64,000 nucleotides of DNA from Escherichia coli (GTDB lineage Bacteria; Pseudomonadota; Gammaproteobacteria; Enterobacterales; Enterobacteriaceae): NCBI RefSeq assembly GCF_002854065.1, contig NZ_CP024147.1; one strand, written 5' to 3'. The notes beneath the pieces are model-generated. The model did no database searches. It saw only the letters and a program-made list of their open reading frames with translations, and had not been told where the DNA came from. Numbering within the stretch: position 1 is the first letter of the stretch; every line of letters starts with the position of its first letter. Shown here piece after piece: positions 10,704 to 22,969 of this stretch. Both the position numbers and the translations under genes were made by a program.

Positions 10704-11612
10704 GTGCGTATAGGTATCGATTTAGGCGGCACCAAAACTGAAGTGATTGCACTGGGCGATGCAGGGGAGCAGTTGTACCGCCATCGTCTGCCCACGCCGC
10801 GTGATGATTACCGGCAGACTATTGAAACGATCGCCACGTTGGTTGATATGGCGGAGCAGGCGACGGGGCAGCGCGGAACGGTAGGTATGGGCATTCCTGG
10901 CTCAATTTCGCCTTACACCGGTGTGGTGAAGAATGCCAATTCAACCTGGCTCAACGGTCAGCCATTCGATAAAGACTTAAGCGCGAGGTTGCAGCGGGAA
11001 GTGCGGCTGGCAAATGACGCCAACTGTCTGGCGGTTTCAGAAGCAGTAGATGGCGCGGCAGCGGGAGCGCAAACGGTATTTGCCGTGATTATCGGCACGG
11101 GATGCGGCGCGGGCGTGGCATTCAATGGGCGGGCGCATATCGGCGGCAATGGCACGGCAGGTGAGTGGGGACACAATCCGCTACCGTGGATGGACGAAGA
11201 CGAACTGCGTTATCGCGAGGAAGTCCCTTGTTATTGCGGTAAACAAGGTTGTATTGAAACCTTTATTTCGGGCACGGGATTCGCGACGGATTATCGTCGT
11301 TTGAGCGGACATGCGCTGAAAGGCAGTGAAATTATCCGCCTGGTTGAAGAAAACGATCCGGTAGCGGAACTGGCATTGCGTCGCTACGAGCTGCGGCTGG
11401 CAAAATCGCTGGCACATGTCGTGAATATTCTCGATCCGGATGTGATTGTCCTGGGGGGCGGGATGAGCAATGTAGACCGTTTATATCAAACGGTTCCGCA
11501 GTTGATTAAACAATTTGTCTTCGGCGGCGAATGTGAAACGCCGGTGCGTAAGGCGAAGCATGGTGATTCCAGCGGCGTACGCGGCGCTGCGTGGTTATGG
11601 CCACAAGAGTAA
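10704..11612 (+). CDS. mak: fructokinase / manno(fructo)kinase, ROK family
   Basis: GTG start at 10704 after [25 protein letters not shown]... ROK sugar kinase signature. Confidence 0.9.
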   Translation: MRIGIDLGGTKTEVIALGDAGEQLYRHRLPTPRDDYRQTIETIATLVDMAEQATGQRGTVGMGIPGSISPYTGVVKNANSTWLNGQPFDKDLSARLQREVRLANDANCLAVSEAVDGAAAGAQTVFAVIIGTGCGAGVAFNGRAHIGGNGTAGEWGHNPLPWMDEDELRYREEVPCYCGKQGCIETFISGTGFATDYRRLSGHALKGSEIIRLVEENDPVAELALRRYELRLAKSLAHVVNILDPDVIVLGGGMSNVDRLYQTVPQLIKQFVFGGECETPVRKAKHGDSSGVRGAAWLWPQE

Positions 11613-11624
11613 AAAACGTAGGCA

Positions 11625-11740
11625 ATTGGCGCATCATGCCTGATGCGACGCTTGCCGCGTCTTATCAGGCCTACAAAATGTGCCAGAACCGCGTAGGGCG
11701 GATAAGGCGTTCACGCCGCATCCGGCAATAAGCAACGCGC
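11625..11740. repeat. BIME / REP element cluster (two REP palindromes)
   Basis: gcctgatgcgacgcttgccgcgtcttatcaggcctac and cgcgtagggcggataaggcgttcacgccgcatccggc. Confidence 0.6.
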
Positions 11741-11754
11741 ACCGTGACAGTAAT

Positions 11755-12939
11755 CTACCCCAGTGGTTTCGCCAGCACCGGACTATCCGCCGCTTGCTGG
11801 CGCTTATAGCGACCATACAGCAGCAACGATGACATCGCAGCAAACGAAAGCAGGGCGGCAGGCAGCGCCACGTAATTATATGCCAGCCCCAGCGTCAGCA
11901 TCATACCTCCGCAATATGCGCCGACGGCGCTACCGAGGTTAAACGCTATTTGCCCACCTGCGGCACCTAATAACTCTCCGCCTTTGGCATTTTGCAGTAA
12001 CAATATTTGCAGAGGTGCTGAAAGGGCAAATAATCCCGCGCAACAAATAAAAGCAAAAATAAGCGACGTTGTTTTCATGCCGCCGCAGAAAAAGAGCATC
12101 AGCAGTGCCAGTACAATGATAAAGTCAGTCACTGCTGCAATGCGCAGTGGTGAATAACGTCCTGAAATCCTGCCACTTAGCATATTTCCCAGCACCATCC
12201 CTAGCCCAACTAACATCATAATAAAGGTCATCGCCGTTTCCGAAAAACCGGAAATAAACATCATGTATGGCTTTACGTAGCTGAACCAGGCAAATACACC
12301 TGCGTTGCCAAACATGGTGGCGGCGAAAATTAACCACGGGGCCGGGCTGCGCAAAAAGTGAAATTGTTCGCGCAGCTTTCCTTTCGCCTCGTCGCGAATA
12401 TCCGGCACCCAAAAATAGACCGATGCCATCACCGCAATATTAAAAACAGCGATCAATAAAAAGGTGTAACGCCAGCTAAATTCCTGACTTAAATACGTTC
12501 CCAGCGGAATGCCCAGCAAATTGGCGACTGTCATCCCGGAAACCATCCCCGCCACGGCGGCGGTGACTTTTCCGGGTTTGATAATTTTTGATAACACGAT
12601 CGCTCCGACGCCAAAAAATGCGCCATGCGGAAAGCCGGAAACCAGGCGACCAATAGCAAGCATCAGGTAAGACGAAGAGAGCGTGAACATGGCGTTGCCA
12701 ATGACGCACAACGCCACCAGAAACAACAAGATATGTTTGAGTGAGTAGCGGCTGGAAAAGAGTGCGATGATTGGCGCACCGACCACCACCCCCAGCGCAT
12801 AATACGAGATCATATGCCCGGCGGCAGGAATCGAAATTCCTACGTTATGCGCCAGCTCCGTGAGCACGCCCATAATGCCAAATTCGGCCATCCCCAAACC
12901 AAACGTGCCCAGAGCCAAAGATAAAATGACTTTTTTCAT
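11755..12939 (-). CDS. araJ: MFS transporter AraJ
   Basis: MKKVILSLALGTFGLGMAEFGIMGV... 394 aa, 12 TM-like hydrophobic stretches; start trimmed to ATG at 12937-12939. Confidence 0.9.
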   Translation of the reverse strand: MKKVILSLALGTFGLGMAEFGIMGVLTELAHNVGISIPAAGHMISYYALGVVVGAPIIALFSSRYSLKHILLFLVALCVIGNAMFTLSSSYLMLAIGRLVSGFPHGAFFGVGAIVLSKIIKPGKVTAAVAGMVSGMTVANLLGIPLGTYLSQEFSWRYTFLLIAVFNIAVMASVYFWVPDIRDEAKGKLREQFHFLRSPAPWLIFAATMFGNAGVFAWFSYVKPYMMFISGFSETAMTFIMMLVGLGMVLGNMLSGRISGRYSPLRIAAVTDFIIVLALLMLFFCGGMKTTSLIFAFICCAGLFALSAPLQILLLQNAKGGELLGAAGGQIAFNLGSAVGAYCGGMMLTLGLAYNYVALPAALLSFAAMSSLLLYGRYKRQQAADSPVLAKPLG

Positions 12940-13064
12940 ACCACCATCACAACCACCAGAACGGCTACCAATCACCGTAGCCAATAAAGTGATAGCTTGC
13001 AGGATAACGACCAGCAAGGCCAAGAGATAATTCGCCCCTCTGTATTCATTATCCTGCTGAATAG

Positions 13065-16000
13065 TTATTTCACTGCAAACGTACTTTCCAGTTTGCTGTA
13101 GCCCAGTCCATTGATCTTTTTCACTTTGATCTGCACCGGAATACGCTCTTTCATCGCTTCTACGTGGCTAATCACACCGATGGTTTTGCCACTGGCGTTC
13201 AGGGCATCCAGCGCATCAAGGGCGGTATCCAGCGTTTCGCTATCCAGCGTGCCAAAACCTTCATCAAGGAACAGCGAGTCAATACGCGTTTTATGGCTGA
13301 CCAGATCTGAAAGCGCCAGCGCCAGCGCCAGACTGACGAGGAAACTTTCGCCGCCAGAAAGGGTACGGGTGTCGCGTACCGCATCTGCCTGCCAGGTATC
13401 AACAACCTCGACTTCCAGCGCCTCGCTGGCTTTGCGCTGTAACAGATAGCGCCCGTGCAGCCGGGTAAGTTGCTGATTAGCGAGATGGACTAAATTATCC
13501 AGCGTCAGCCCCTGGGCAAACTTGCGGAATTTATCGCCCTCTTTGGAACCTATTAGCGAATTCAGATATCCCCAGTCCTCAACCTGCTGCGTCATTTGAG
13601 CAATTTGCTGCAGTAAGGTTTGTTGTTGCTGACGGTTATCTGCATCCTGCTTCAGCTGCTGGCGAATCTCGCCTTGACTCGTGGTGTTCTCACGCAATTT
13701 TTGGTGAGTTTGCGCTAACTCTTGCTGAATCTGCTCCACCGTCACAGTGAGAGCCAACCCGTCAGGTCGGTGTTGCTGATGCTGTGCCAGCGTTTCTGCT
13801 GTCTGAGTGACCAGCGTTTGCGCCTGACGGCGCTGGTTTTCCAGATTCTGCTTGAGCTGTTCCAGTTGCGTTAGTGTTTGTTCATCCATTAGCGCCGCAA
13901 GGAACGCCTGCTGATCGTCAAAGACGCTGGCCTGTAGCGCGGTGTCAAACTGCGCCTGGGCTTTTTGCAGACTTTGCGCCGCCAGAACGTCCTGTTGCTG
14001 TAACGTCTGCTGCTGGCTGTGTAATGCGAGACATTGTTCATGTACCTGCCGCCAGTTTTCCAATACCACAGTTTCTTCGCAGTGCGGGAGTTCATCACTT
14101 TGCGGCAACGTTTCCAGAATCGGCGTCAGCTGCTGAATACGGTTTTGCAGCGCGGTTAATTCGTTCTGGCGTTGCTGCCAGCTCTGCGCTTCTTGCTGAC
14201 GTGTCGCCAACCAGCTCTCTTCTTCATCTTCCTGTGGCACTGTCAGTGCATAACCCGCCAATGCCGTTAAGAGTTGCTGCTGGCGTTGTTCAATTTGCTG
14301 TTGATACTGGATAATTTGCTGATTATGCGCGGCAATCTGCCCTTGTAATTCATGCCGTTGGCTGAGTAACCGCAGCTGGCGTTCGTGCTCATCTTGTGCA
14401 TCCAGCCACGGTTGAATATCGTCCTGTGGCTGCAACGTGATATTGAGGCTGGCCGTGACGGCTTGCCATTGTTGAGTAAGTGCTTGCTCATCTTGTCGGA
14501 GGCTTTGCGCTTCGTTTTCATCACGCTGAAGCTGCTTTGTTAAGGCGTCCAGTTGCCCACGTAGCGTCGCACCTTCTTCACCGAGCTTTTTAACTTCGTT
14601 TTCCAGCGCCAGTAATCGAGACTGATTAACACCAGGCTCCAGCGCCTGATACGCCTCGACCGCCGGGTGGCTGGTGGAACCACAAAGTGGGCAAGGCTGA
14701 CCCGCCTGTAACTGTGCACGTTGAGCTTCCAGCGTTTTGATGCGCGCTTCCTGCTCGCAAATGGTTTTGACATCGGCAAGTTGCTGCGTCTTTTCTTTAT
14801 AACGCTGGCGCATTTCGTTAAGTGCGGCATTACGTTGCGTCTGTTCCAGAGTGACATTCTGGATAGTGACCATTAACTGCGCCAGACGTTTTTGTTGGGG
14901 AACAATCTGCCCATGCAGCGCGACCAGGCGCTGACGCAGTGGGCGTTGCTCGGCATGTTGCGCCAGGGCGCTAGCAACTTCATCGGCGGTTAACGTCAAC
15001 GTGATCGCCGCAAGCGTATTAAGTTTTTGCTCAGCATGGGTTAACTGTTGCTGCCATTGCCGCAGATGCTCGCGATCGCTGGTTTGTTGGGAGAACTGCG
15101 CACGCCAACCCGCCAGTTCGTTGTTCCACTGACGGAAGCGGTCGTGTTCCTGTAACCAGGTATTCAGGCTTTGTTGCTGCTGCTGTAATTCTGCTGACTG
15201 CTTCGCCGCGTGGTGGCGAATGCTCGCGCGAAGCGCCATTGTGCTCTGTAAGCGAGTATTTACTTCTTCAATCTGCTGGCGAGTATGCGCCAGCGCCGCG
15301 CTGTGTTCTGCGATGCGTTCCCAGTGCGGACGAAGATTTCGTGCCGGTTGTGCCAGACTGAGCGCCGCCAGTTGAGGTTGCGCTTTTTCTTCTTCGGCTA
15401 ACGCCTGTTGCAAGGCCTGCTGACGGCGGCTGGCTTCTTGCTGCAATTCGTCCAGACGCGTTAACCAGTTTAGTGATTGTTGTTCTTGCTGCTGCGCGGT
15501 AAGTAACTGTTTTTCTTCGTCAGTAAGTACCTGCAAACTCGCTGTCAGCGATTGCACTTGTTCCGGCGTGAGCAACGCGACGCCGCTGGCCTGCGCTTGC
15601 AGCTTCTCCAGCTCAGTGCGGGCCGATTTGTGCTGCTCAAAAACCATCGCCGAGATTTGCCCGTAGATTTCAGTGCCGGTTAACTCCTCGAGCAATTCCG
15701 CGCGTTCTTTTGGTTTGGCATTCAGGAAGGCAGCAAATTGCCCCTGCGAAAGCAGCATCGAACGGGTGAAGCGCCCGTAATCCAGTCCGGTTAACGTCGC
15801 CGTCAGTTCCAGCTTATCTTTCACTTTGTCGGCGAGAATTTTGCCATCGGCGCAGCGCGCCAGCTCTACGCGTGGCACCTGCAAATTACCGTCGGGTTGG
15901 TTACGCGCCCGATTCTGGCTCCAGAACGCGCGATACGCTTCACCTTTCACTTCAAACTCCACCTCCGCCAGACATTCGGCGGTATCGCGGGTCATGAGAT

Positions 16001-16208
16001 CATTTTGCGATTGTGAAACGTTAGAGAGACGCGGAGTTTCGTGATACAGCGCCAAACAAATGGCGTCCAGCAGGGTGGTTTTCCCCGCACCGGTTGGGCC
16101 GGTAATGGCAAACAGCCCGTTGCTGGCGAACGGCTCGCGGGTGAAATCAATCTTCCATTCGCCTTTTAATGAGTTCAGGTTTTTCAGGCGCAGGCTGAGA
16201 ATTTTCAT
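13065..16208 (-). CDS. sbcC: ATP-dependent dsDNA exonuclease SbcC (SMC-like ATPase)
   Basis: [22 protein letters not shown]...[14 protein letters not shown]... long Q/E-rich coiled coil with CPLCGS zinc hook, C-terminal signature LSGGESFL...[11 protein letters not shown]. Confidence 0.95.
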   Translation of the reverse strand: MKILSLRLKNLNSLKGEWKIDFTREPFASNGLFAITGPTGAGKTTLLDAICLALYHETPRLSNVSQSQNDLMTRDTAECLAEVEFEVKGEAYRAFWSQNRARNQPDGNLQVPRVELARCADGKILADKVKDKLELTATLTGLDYGRFTRSMLLSQGQFAAFLNAKPKERAELLEELTGTEIYGQISAMVFEQHKSARTELEKLQAQASGVALLTPEQVQSLTASLQVLTDEEKQLLTAQQQEQQSLNWLTRLDELQQEASRRQQALQQALAEEEKAQPQLAALSLAQPARNLRPHWERIAEHSAALAHTRQQIEEVNTRLQSTMALRASIRHHAAKQSAELQQQQQSLNTWLQEHDRFRQWNNELAGWRAQFSQQTSDREHLRQWQQQLTHAEQKLNTLAAITLTLTADEVASALAQHAEQRPLRQRLVALHGQIVPQQKRLAQLMVTIQNVTLEQTQRNAALNEMRQRYKEKTQQLADVKTICEQEARIKTLEAQRAQLQAGQPCPLCGSTSHPAVEAYQALEPGVNQSRLLALENEVKKLGEEGATLRGQLDALTKQLQRDENEAQSLRQDEQALTQQWQAVTASLNITLQPQDDIQPWLDAQDEHERQLRLLSQRHELQGQIAAHNQQIIQYQQQIEQRQQQLLTALAGYALTVPQEDEEESWLATRQQEAQSWQQRQNELTALQNRIQQLTPILETLPQSDELPHCEETVVLENWRQVHEQCLALHSQQQTLQQQDVLAAQSLQKAQAQFDTALQASVFDDQQAFLAALMDEQTLTQLEQLKQNLENQRRQAQTLVTQTAETLAQHQQHRPDGLALTVTVEQIQQELAQTHQKLRENTTSQGEIRQQLKQDADNRQQQQTLLQQIAQMTQQVEDWGYLNSLIGSKEGDKFRKFAQGLTLDNLVHLANQQLTRLHGRYLLQRKASEALEVEVVDTWQADAVRDTRTLSGGESFLVSLALALALSDLVSHKTRIDSLFLDEGFGTLDSETLDTALDALDALNASGKTIGVISHVEAMKERIPVQIKVKKINGLGYSKLESTFAVK

Positions 16209-17407
16209 GCTTCGTGTTCTCCGGCGAGGGTATGCAACGTCGTGGTGAAAAGATGCTGCAGACGTTGCTGCTGCGATTCATCCAGTTCTTCCAGTGCCAG
16301 ACGGCGATTGAACACCTCTTCGACGCTGAGTTCGCTGAGGGTTTCACGCTGTTGGCTGGCTAACACACGCTCGCGCTGTTCACGACTCCGGCGTACCAGT
16401 AATACTTCAACAGGCAATGATTCGGTTAATGTCTGGATTTTGCGCTGAATATCATGCAGATACTCATCAGTAGTGATTTCGATATCCAGCCAGACAGGTG
16501 GCTCCTGTGATACATCGCGCCACTGTTCCAGCTGTTCGGTAATCGACGCCAGATCGCCTTTCAGCACCGCCATAGGTTGCGTTACCGGTACGTTCAGGTT
16601 TTCCACGCTCTCTAATTTGCCGTTTGAAAATGTCACCAGATGGACATATTTACTCTTACCGCATTCATCAAAACTCAGTGGAATGGGGGAACCGCAATAG
16701 CGAACATGTTCCATGCCGCCAATAATCTGTGCGCGGTGAATATGCCCGAGCGCGATGTAGTCGGCTGGTGGAAAGTTTTGTGCCGGAAACGCGTCCAGCG
16801 TGCCAATATAAATGTCACGCACGGCGTCACTTTTACTGGCCCCCACGGTCGTTAAATGTCCCGTGGCGATGATGGGCAGAGGCTGATCGCCGCGCAGTTT
16901 GCAGGCATCGGCATAGTGTTGTTGGTAATAATCGGTAATCGCTGCCAGTAAATGCTGCTGTTTTTCAATACCATTAAGCCCCGCCTGGCTGGTAATAATG
17001 TCACGCGGACGTAAAAACGGAATGGGGCACAGCACTGCGCCTGGCGTCCCGTCGCGACGAGGCAAGATTTGCGGCGCATGTCCGGCGCTGGCGACCACGG
17101 TAGTATTGAGGAACGCCATGATATCGCGCGATTCATTCAGCGTGGCGACCGAGTCATGGTTTCCTGCCAGTACCACCAGATGACAGCCAGTTTGCTGTAA
17201 ATTGACAACAAAACGGTTGTATAACGTGCGGGCGTAACTGGGCGGCGAGCCGGTATCGAAAACATCACCAGCAACAATAATCGCATCCACCTGATGGGTT
17301 TGTGCTGTTTCCAGCAGCCAGTCAAGAAAAGCCTGATGTTCAGCTTCGCGGCTTTTACTGTAGAAGTTCTGGCCGAGATGCCAGTCTGAGGTGTGAAGGA
17401 TGCGCAT
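16205..17407 (-). CDS. sbcD: dsDNA exonuclease SbcD (Mre11-like phosphoesterase)
   Basis: [31 protein letters not shown]...; 4-nt overlap with sbcC start. Confidence 0.95.
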   Translation of the reverse strand: MRILHTSDWHLGQNFYSKSREAEHQAFLDWLLETAQTHQVDAIIVAGDVFDTGSPPSYARTLYNRFVVNLQQTGCHLVVLAGNHDSVATLNESRDIMAFLNTTVVASAGHAPQILPRRDGTPGAVLCPIPFLRPRDIITSQAGLNGIEKQQHLLAAITDYYQQHYADACKLRGDQPLPIIATGHLTTVGASKSDAVRDIYIGTLDAFPAQNFPPADYIALGHIHRAQIIGGMEHVRYCGSPIPLSFDECGKSKYVHLVTFSNGKLESVENLNVPVTQPMAVLKGDLASITEQLEQWRDVSQEPPVWLDIEITTDEYLHDIQRKIQTLTESLPVEVLLVRRSREQRERVLASQQRETLSELSVEEVFNRRLALEELDESQQQRLQHLFTTTLHTLAGEHEA

Positions 17408-17515
17408 AACGGTTCCCTGGCGAAAAAGCATGGGCGCGATTATACCCAAACAGATGTGCCATTTGCTTTTTTCTGCGCCACGGAAATCAATAACCTGAAG
17501 ATATGTGCGACGAGC

Positions 17516-17546
17516 TTTTCATAAATCTGTCATAAATCTGACGCAT
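17516..17546 (+). promoter_or_regulatory. Pho box (PhoB binding sites) in phoB promoter
   Basis: ttttcataaatctgtcataaatctgacgcat: tandem CTGTCAT-like 7-mers spaced 11 bp apart, the canonical Pho box architecture. Confidence 0.7.
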
Positions 17547-17596
17547 AATGACGTCGCATTAATGATCGCAACCTATTTATTACAACAGGGCAAATC

Positions 17597-18286
17597 ATGG
17601 CGAGACGTATTCTGGTCGTAGAAGATGAAGCTCCAATTCGCGAAATGGTCTGCTTCGTGCTCGAACAAAATGGCTTTCAGCCGGTCGAAGCGGAAGATTA
17701 TGACAGTGCTGTGAATCAACTGAATGAACCCTGGCCGGATTTAATTCTTCTTGACTGGATGTTACCTGGCGGCTCCGGTATCCAGTTCATCAAACACCTC
17801 AAGCGCGAGTCGATGACCCGGGATATTCCAGTGGTGATGTTGACCGCCAGAGGGGAAGAAGAAGATCGCGTGCGCGGCCTTGAAACCGGCGCGGATGACT
17901 ATATCACCAAGCCGTTTTCGCCGAAGGAGCTGGTGGCGCGAATCAAAGCGGTAATGCGCCGTATTTCGCCAATGGCGGTGGAAGAGGTGATTGAGATGCA
18001 GGGATTAAGTCTCGACCCGACATCTCACCGGGTGATGGCGGGCGAAGAGCCGCTGGAGATGGGGCCGACAGAATTTAAACTGCTGCACTTTTTTATGACG
18101 CATCCTGAACGCGTGTACAGCCGCGAGCAGCTGTTAAACCACGTCTGGGGAACTAACGTGTATGTGGAAGACCGCACGGTCGATGTCCACATTCGTCGCC
18201 TGCGTAAAGCACTGGAGCCCGGCGGGCATGACCGCATGGTGCAGACCGTGCGTGGTACAGGATATCGTTTTTCAACCCGCTTTTAA
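17597..18286 (+). CDS. phoB: phosphate regulon response regulator PhoB
   Basis: [27 protein letters not shown]...; 229 aa. Confidence 0.97.
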
Positions 18287-18343
18287 CGCCTTGCTCATCG
18301 GACGCAGAGCAGGGCTTATGATTTCTTAACTGGAGTATCTTAC

Positions 18344-19639
18344 GTGCTGGAACGGCTGTCGTGGAAAAGGCTGGTGCTGGAGCTGCTACTTTGCTGCCTC
18401 CCGGCTTTCATCCTGGGTGCATTTTTTGGTTACCTGCCCTGGTTTTTGCTGGCATCGGTAACGGGACTGCTTATCTGGCATTTCTGGAATTTATTGCGCC
18501 TTTCATGGTGGCTGTGGGTTGATCGTAGTATGACCCCGCCACCGGGGCGTGGTAGCTGGGAACCGCTACTATACGGCTTACACCAGATGCAGCTGCGAAA
18601 TAAAAAACGCCGCCGTGAACTGGGCAATCTGATTAAACGCTTTCGTAGCGGCGCGGAGTCGCTGCCCGACGCAGTGGTGCTGACCACGGAAGAGGGCGGT
18701 ATTTTCTGGTGTAACGGTCTGGCGCAACAGATTCTTGGTTTGCGCTGGCCGGAAGATAACGGGCAGAACATCCTTAACCTGCTGCGTTACCCGGAGTTTA
18801 CGCAATATCTGAAAACGCGTGATTTTTCTCGCCCGCTCAATCTGGTGCTCAACACCGGGCGGCATCTGGAAATTCGCGTCATGCCTTATACCCACAAACA
18901 GTTGCTGATGGTGGCGCGTGATGTCACGCAAATGCATCAACTGGAAGGGGCGCGGCGTAACTTTTTTGCCAACGTGAGCCATGAGTTACGTACGCCATTG
19001 ACCGTGTTACAGGGTTACCTGGAGATGATGGATGAGCAACCGCTGGAAGGCGCGGTACGTGAAAAAGCGTTGCACACCATGCGCGAGCAGACCCAGCGGA
19101 TGGAAGGGCTGGTGAAGCAGTTGCTGACGCTGTCGAAAATTGAAGCCGCGCCGACGCAATTGCTCAATGAAAAGGTTGATGTGCCGATGATGCTGCGCGT
19201 TGTTGAGCGCGAGGCTCAGACTCTGAGTCAGAAAAAACAGACATTTACCTTTGAGATAGACAACGGCCTCAAGGTGTCTGGCAACGAAGATCAGCTACGC
19301 AGTGCGATTTCGAACCTGGTCTATAACGCCGTGAATCATACTCCAGAAGGCACGCATATCACCGTACGCTGGCAGCGAGTGCCGCACGGTGCCGAATTTA
19401 GCGTTGAAGATAACGGACCGGGCATTGCACCGGAGCATATTCCGCGCCTGACCGAGCGTTTTTATCGCGTTGATAAAGCGCGTTCCCGGCAAACCGGCGG
19501 TAGCGGATTAGGGTTAGCGATCGTGAAACATGCGGTGAATCATCACGAAAGTCGCCTGAATATTGAGAGTACAGTAGGAAAAGGAACACGTTTCAGTTTT
19601 GTTATCCCGGAACGTTTAATTGCCAAAAACAGCGATTAA
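18344..19639 (+). CDS. phoR: phosphate regulon sensor histidine kinase PhoR
   Basis: 431 aa; H-box [13 protein letters not shown] and ATPase motifs. Confidence 0.97.
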   Translation: MLERLSWKRLVLELLLCCLPAFILGAFFGYLPWFLLASVTGLLIWHFWNLLRLSWWLWVDRSMTPPPGRGSWEPLLYGLHQMQLRNKKRRRELGNLIKRFRSGAESLPDAVVLTTEEGGIFWCNGLAQQILGLRWPEDNGQNILNLLRYPEFTQYLKTRDFSRPLNLVLNTGRHLEIRVMPYTHKQLLMVARDVTQMHQLEGARRNFFANVSHELRTPLTVLQGYLEMMDEQPLEGAVREKALHTMREQTQRMEGLVKQLLTLSKIEAAPTQLLNEKVDVPMMLRVVEREAQTLSQKKQTFTFEIDNGLKVSGNEDQLRSAISNLVYNAVNHTPEGTHITVRWQRVPHGAEFSVEDNGPGIAPEHIPRLTERFYRVDKARSRQTGGSGLGLAIVKHAVNHHESRLNIESTVGKGTRFSFVIPERLIAKNSD

Positions 19640-19663
19640 TCCGCCTTTGTCATCTTTTATTGC

Positions 19664-19696
19664 CATAAGCCAGCCGATGCTGGCTTATTTTCTTTG
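19664..19696 (+). terminator. rho-independent terminator after phoR
   Basis: stem aagccagc / gctggctt followed by T-rich run. Confidence 0.5.
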
Positions 19697-20045
19697 CAGT
19701 CAAAATACGGGCGCTAGATTTTACAACGGTTGGTGATTTTTTGTTCGCATGATTAGCCATGTCTTTTTCACGGAAATAGTGTTTTATACTGGTTGGTGAT
19801 TTCTTATCGCTATATACCTCTGGTTTTTAGATCCCTCCTTGCTTTAAAACGTTATAAGCGTTTAAATTGCGCTTCAGGTGCTGTCATACTGACTGCATTA
19901 ACGCGGTAAATCGAAAAACTATTCTTCGCCGCGCCTGGTTGGGAGTATTTCCCGCTAAAATTGTTTAAATATACCGCTGTATCATCCCCAGGGATTGGCA
20001 CAAAAATTTAACGTTACAACACCACATCCACAGGCAGTATGATTT

Positions 20046-21365
20046 ATGACCCATCAATTAAGATCGCGCGATATCATCGCTCTGGGCTTTATGACATTTG
20101 CGTTGTTCGTCGGCGCAGGTAACATTATTTTCCCTCCAATGGTCGGCTTGCAGGCAGGCGAACACGTCTGGACTGCGGCATTCGGCTTCCTCATTACTGC
20201 CGTTGGCCTGCCGGTATTAACGGTAGTGGCGCTGGCAAAAGTTGGCGGCGGTGTTGACAGCCTCAGCACGCCAATCGGTAAAGTCGCTGGCGTACTGCTG
20301 GCAACGGTTTGTTACCTGGCGGTGGGGCCGCTTTTCGCTACGCCGCGTACAGCTACCGTTTCTTTTGAAGTGGGGATTGCGCCGCTGACGGGTGATTCCG
20401 CGCTGCCGCTGTTTATCTACAGCCTGGTCTATTTCGCTATCGTTATTCTGGTTTCGCTCTATCCGGGCAAGCTGCTGGATACCGTGGGCAACTTCCTTGC
20501 GCCGCTGAAAATTATCGCGCTGGTCATCCTGTCTGTTGCCGCGATTGTCTGGCCGGCGGGTTCTATCAGCACGGCGACTGAGGCTTATCAAAACGCTGCG
20601 TTTTCTAACGGCTTCGTTAACGGCTATCTGACCATGGATACGCTGGGCGCAATGGTGTTTGGTATCGTTATTGTTAACGCGGCGCGTTCTCGTGGCGTTA
20701 CCGAAGCGCGTCTGCTGACCCGTTATACCGTCTGGGCTGGCCTGATGGCGGGTGTTGGTCTGACTCTGCTGTACCTGGCGCTGTTCCGTCTGGGTTCAGA
20801 CAGCGCGTCGCTGGTCGATCAGTCTGCAAACGGCGCGGCTATTCTGCATGCTTACGTTCAGCACACCTTTGGCGGCGGCGGTAGCTTCCTGCTGGCGGCG
20901 TTAATCTTCATCGCCTGCCTGGTAACGGCAGTTGGCCTGACCTGTGCTTGTGCAGAATTCTTTGCCCAGTACGTACCGCTCTCTTATCGTACGCTGGTGT
21001 TTATCCTCGGCGGCTTCTCGATGGTGGTTTCTAACCTCGGCTTGAGCCAACTGATTCAGATCTCCGTACCGGTGCTGACCGCCATTTATCCGCCGTGTAT
21101 CGCACTGGTTGTATTAAGTTTTACACGCTCATGGTGGCATAATTCGTCCCGCGTGATTGCTCCGCCGATGTTTATCAGCCTGCTTTTTGGTATTCTCGAC
21201 GGGATCAAAGCATCTGCATTCAGCGATATCTTACCGTCCTGGGCGCAGCGTTTACCGCTGGCCGAACAAGGTCTGGCGTGGTTAATGCCAACAGTGGTGA
21301 TGGTGGTTCTGGCCATTATCTGGGATCGCGCGGCAGGTCGTCAGGTGACCTCCAGCGCTCACTAA
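20046..21365 (+). CDS. brnQ: branched-chain amino acid transporter BrnQ
   Basis: [40 protein letters not shown]... 439 aa. Confidence 0.95.
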   Translation: MTHQLRSRDIIALGFMTFALFVGAGNIIFPPMVGLQAGEHVWTAAFGFLITAVGLPVLTVVALAKVGGGVDSLSTPIGKVAGVLLATVCYLAVGPLFATPRTATVSFEVGIAPLTGDSALPLFIYSLVYFAIVILVSLYPGKLLDTVGNFLAPLKIIALVILSVAAIVWPAGSISTATEAYQNAAFSNGFVNGYLTMDTLGAMVFGIVIVNAARSRGVTEARLLTRYTVWAGLMAGVGLTLLYLALFRLGSDSASLVDQSANGAAILHAYVQHTFGGGGSFLLAALIFIACLVTAVGLTCACAEFFAQYVPLSYRTLVFILGGFSMVVSNLGLSQLIQISVPVLTAIYPPCIALVVLSFTRSWWHNSSRVIAPPMFISLLFGILDGIKASAFSDILPSWAQRLPLAEQGLAWLMPTVVMVVLAIIWDRAAGRQVTSSAH

Positions 21366-21385
21366 ATCACTGAACATTTGTTTTA

Positions 21386-21417
21386 ACCACGGGGCTGCGA
21401 TGCCCCGTGGTTTTTTA
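21386..21417 (+). terminator. rho-independent terminator after brnQ
   Basis: ccacggggc tgcgat gccccgtgg followed by TTTTTT. Confidence 0.7.
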
Positions 21418-21440
21418 TTGTGTTGATGGGTTAGGAATTG

Positions 21441-22814
21441 ATGGAAAGTAAGAACAAGCTAAAGCGTGGGCTAAGTACCCGCCACATACGCTTTATGGCA
21501 CTGGGTTCAGCAATTGGCACCGGGCTGTTTTACGGTTCGGCAGACGCCATCAAAATGGCCGGTCCGAGCGTGTTGTTGGCCTATATTATCGGTGGTATCG
21601 CGGCGTATATCATTATGCGTGCGCTGGGGGAAATGTCGGTACATAACCCGGCCGCCAGCTCTTTCTCGCGTTATGCGCAGGAAAACCTCGGCCCGCTGGC
21701 AGGTTACATTACCGGCTGGACCTACTGCTTTGAAATCCTAATTGTCGCCATCGCCGATGTGACCGCTTTTGGTATCTATATGGGTGTCTGGTTCCCGACG
21801 GTGCCGCACTGGATTTGGGTACTGAGCGTGGTGCTGATCATTTGCGCCGTAAACCTGATGAGCGTGAAGGTCTTCGGGGAGCTGGAATTCTGGTTCTCGT
21901 TCTTTAAAGTCGCCACTATCATCATCATGATTGTCGCTGGTTTCGGCATCATCATCTGGGGGATTGGCAACGGCGGGCAACCGACCGGTATTCATAATCT
22001 GTGGAGCAACGGCGGCTTCTTCAGTAACGGCTGGCTTGGGATGGTGATGTCGTTGCAAATGGTGATGTTTGCTTACGGTGGGATCGAAATTATCGGGATT
22101 ACCGCCGGTGAAGCGAAAGATCCTGAGAAATCGATACCGCGTGCGATTAACTCCGTGCCGATGCGTATTCTGGTGTTCTACGTCGGTACGCTGTTCGTCA
22201 TTATGTCTATCTACCCGTGGAATCAGGTTGGCACTGCCGGTAGCCCGTTCGTGCTGACGTTCCAGCATATGGGCATTACCTTTGCCGCCAGCATTCTTAA
22301 CTTTGTTGTGCTGACTGCTTCGCTGTCGGCAATTAACAGTGACGTATTTGGCGTAGGCCGTATGCTCCACGGTATGGCAGAGCAGGGCAGCGCACCGAAA
22401 ATTTTCAGCAAAACGTCGCGTCGCGGTATTCCGTGGGTTACGGTGCTGGTGATGACTACCGCGCTGCTGTTTGCGGTGTATCTGAACTACATCATGCCGG
22501 AAAACGTCTTCCTGGTGATCGCTTCGCTGGCAACCTTCGCCACGGTGTGGGTGTGGATTATGATCCTGCTGTCGCAAATTGCCTTCCGTCGCCGTTTGCC
22601 GCCAGAAGAAGTTAACGCGCTGAAATTTAAAGTGCCGGGTGGGGTAGCAACGACCATCGGCGGGCTGATTTTCCTGCTCTTTATTATCGGGTTGATTGGT
22701 TATCACCCGGATACGCGTATCTCGCTGTATGTCGGTTTCGCGTGGATTGTTGTGCTGTTGATTGGCTGGATGTTTAAACGCCGCCACGATCGTCAGCTGG
22801 CTGAAAACCAGTAA
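21441..22814 (+). CDS. proY: proline-specific permease ProY (APC family)
   Basis: [33 protein letters not shown]... ; ATG at 21441 (ORF track begins 3 nt earlier at TTG). Confidence 0.93.
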   Translation: MESKNKLKRGLSTRHIRFMALGSAIGTGLFYGSADAIKMAGPSVLLAYIIGGIAAYIIMRALGEMSVHNPAASSFSRYAQENLGPLAGYITGWTYCFEILIVAIADVTAFGIYMGVWFPTVPHWIWVLSVVLIICAVNLMSVKVFGELEFWFSFFKVATIIIMIVAGFGIIIWGIGNGGQPTGIHNLWSNGGFFSNGWLGMVMSLQMVMFAYGGIEIIGITAGEAKDPEKSIPRAINSVPMRILVFYVGTLFVIMSIYPWNQVGTAGSPFVLTFQHMGITFAASILNFVVLTASLSAINSDVFGVGRMLHGMAEQGSAPKIFSKTSRRGIPWVTVLVMTTALLFAVYLNYIMPENVFLVIASLATFATVWVWIMILLSQIAFRRRLPPEEVNALKFKVPGGVATTIGGLIFLLFIIGLIGYHPDTRISLYVGFAWIVVLLIGWMFKRRHDRQLAENQ

Positions 22815-22969
22815 TACTTGCGTTCTGTAAGCCGGTTCAGGAGGAAATCCTGATCCGGCTATTCCGAAAGTTATCCGCCCCCGTCCTCCTCCCCCAAATA
22901 TCCTTCAGATGATGAGTGATCCTGCATTAGGCTATGGCAAGGTGATCAGATTTTCATCACAGGGGAATT

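Noticed and set aside
21738-22787. 349-aa minus-strand ORF inside proY
   Set aside because: Antisense to a recognised permease gene; translation is H/R/Q-rich low complexity with no start context; artefact of stop-codon-poor antisense frame.
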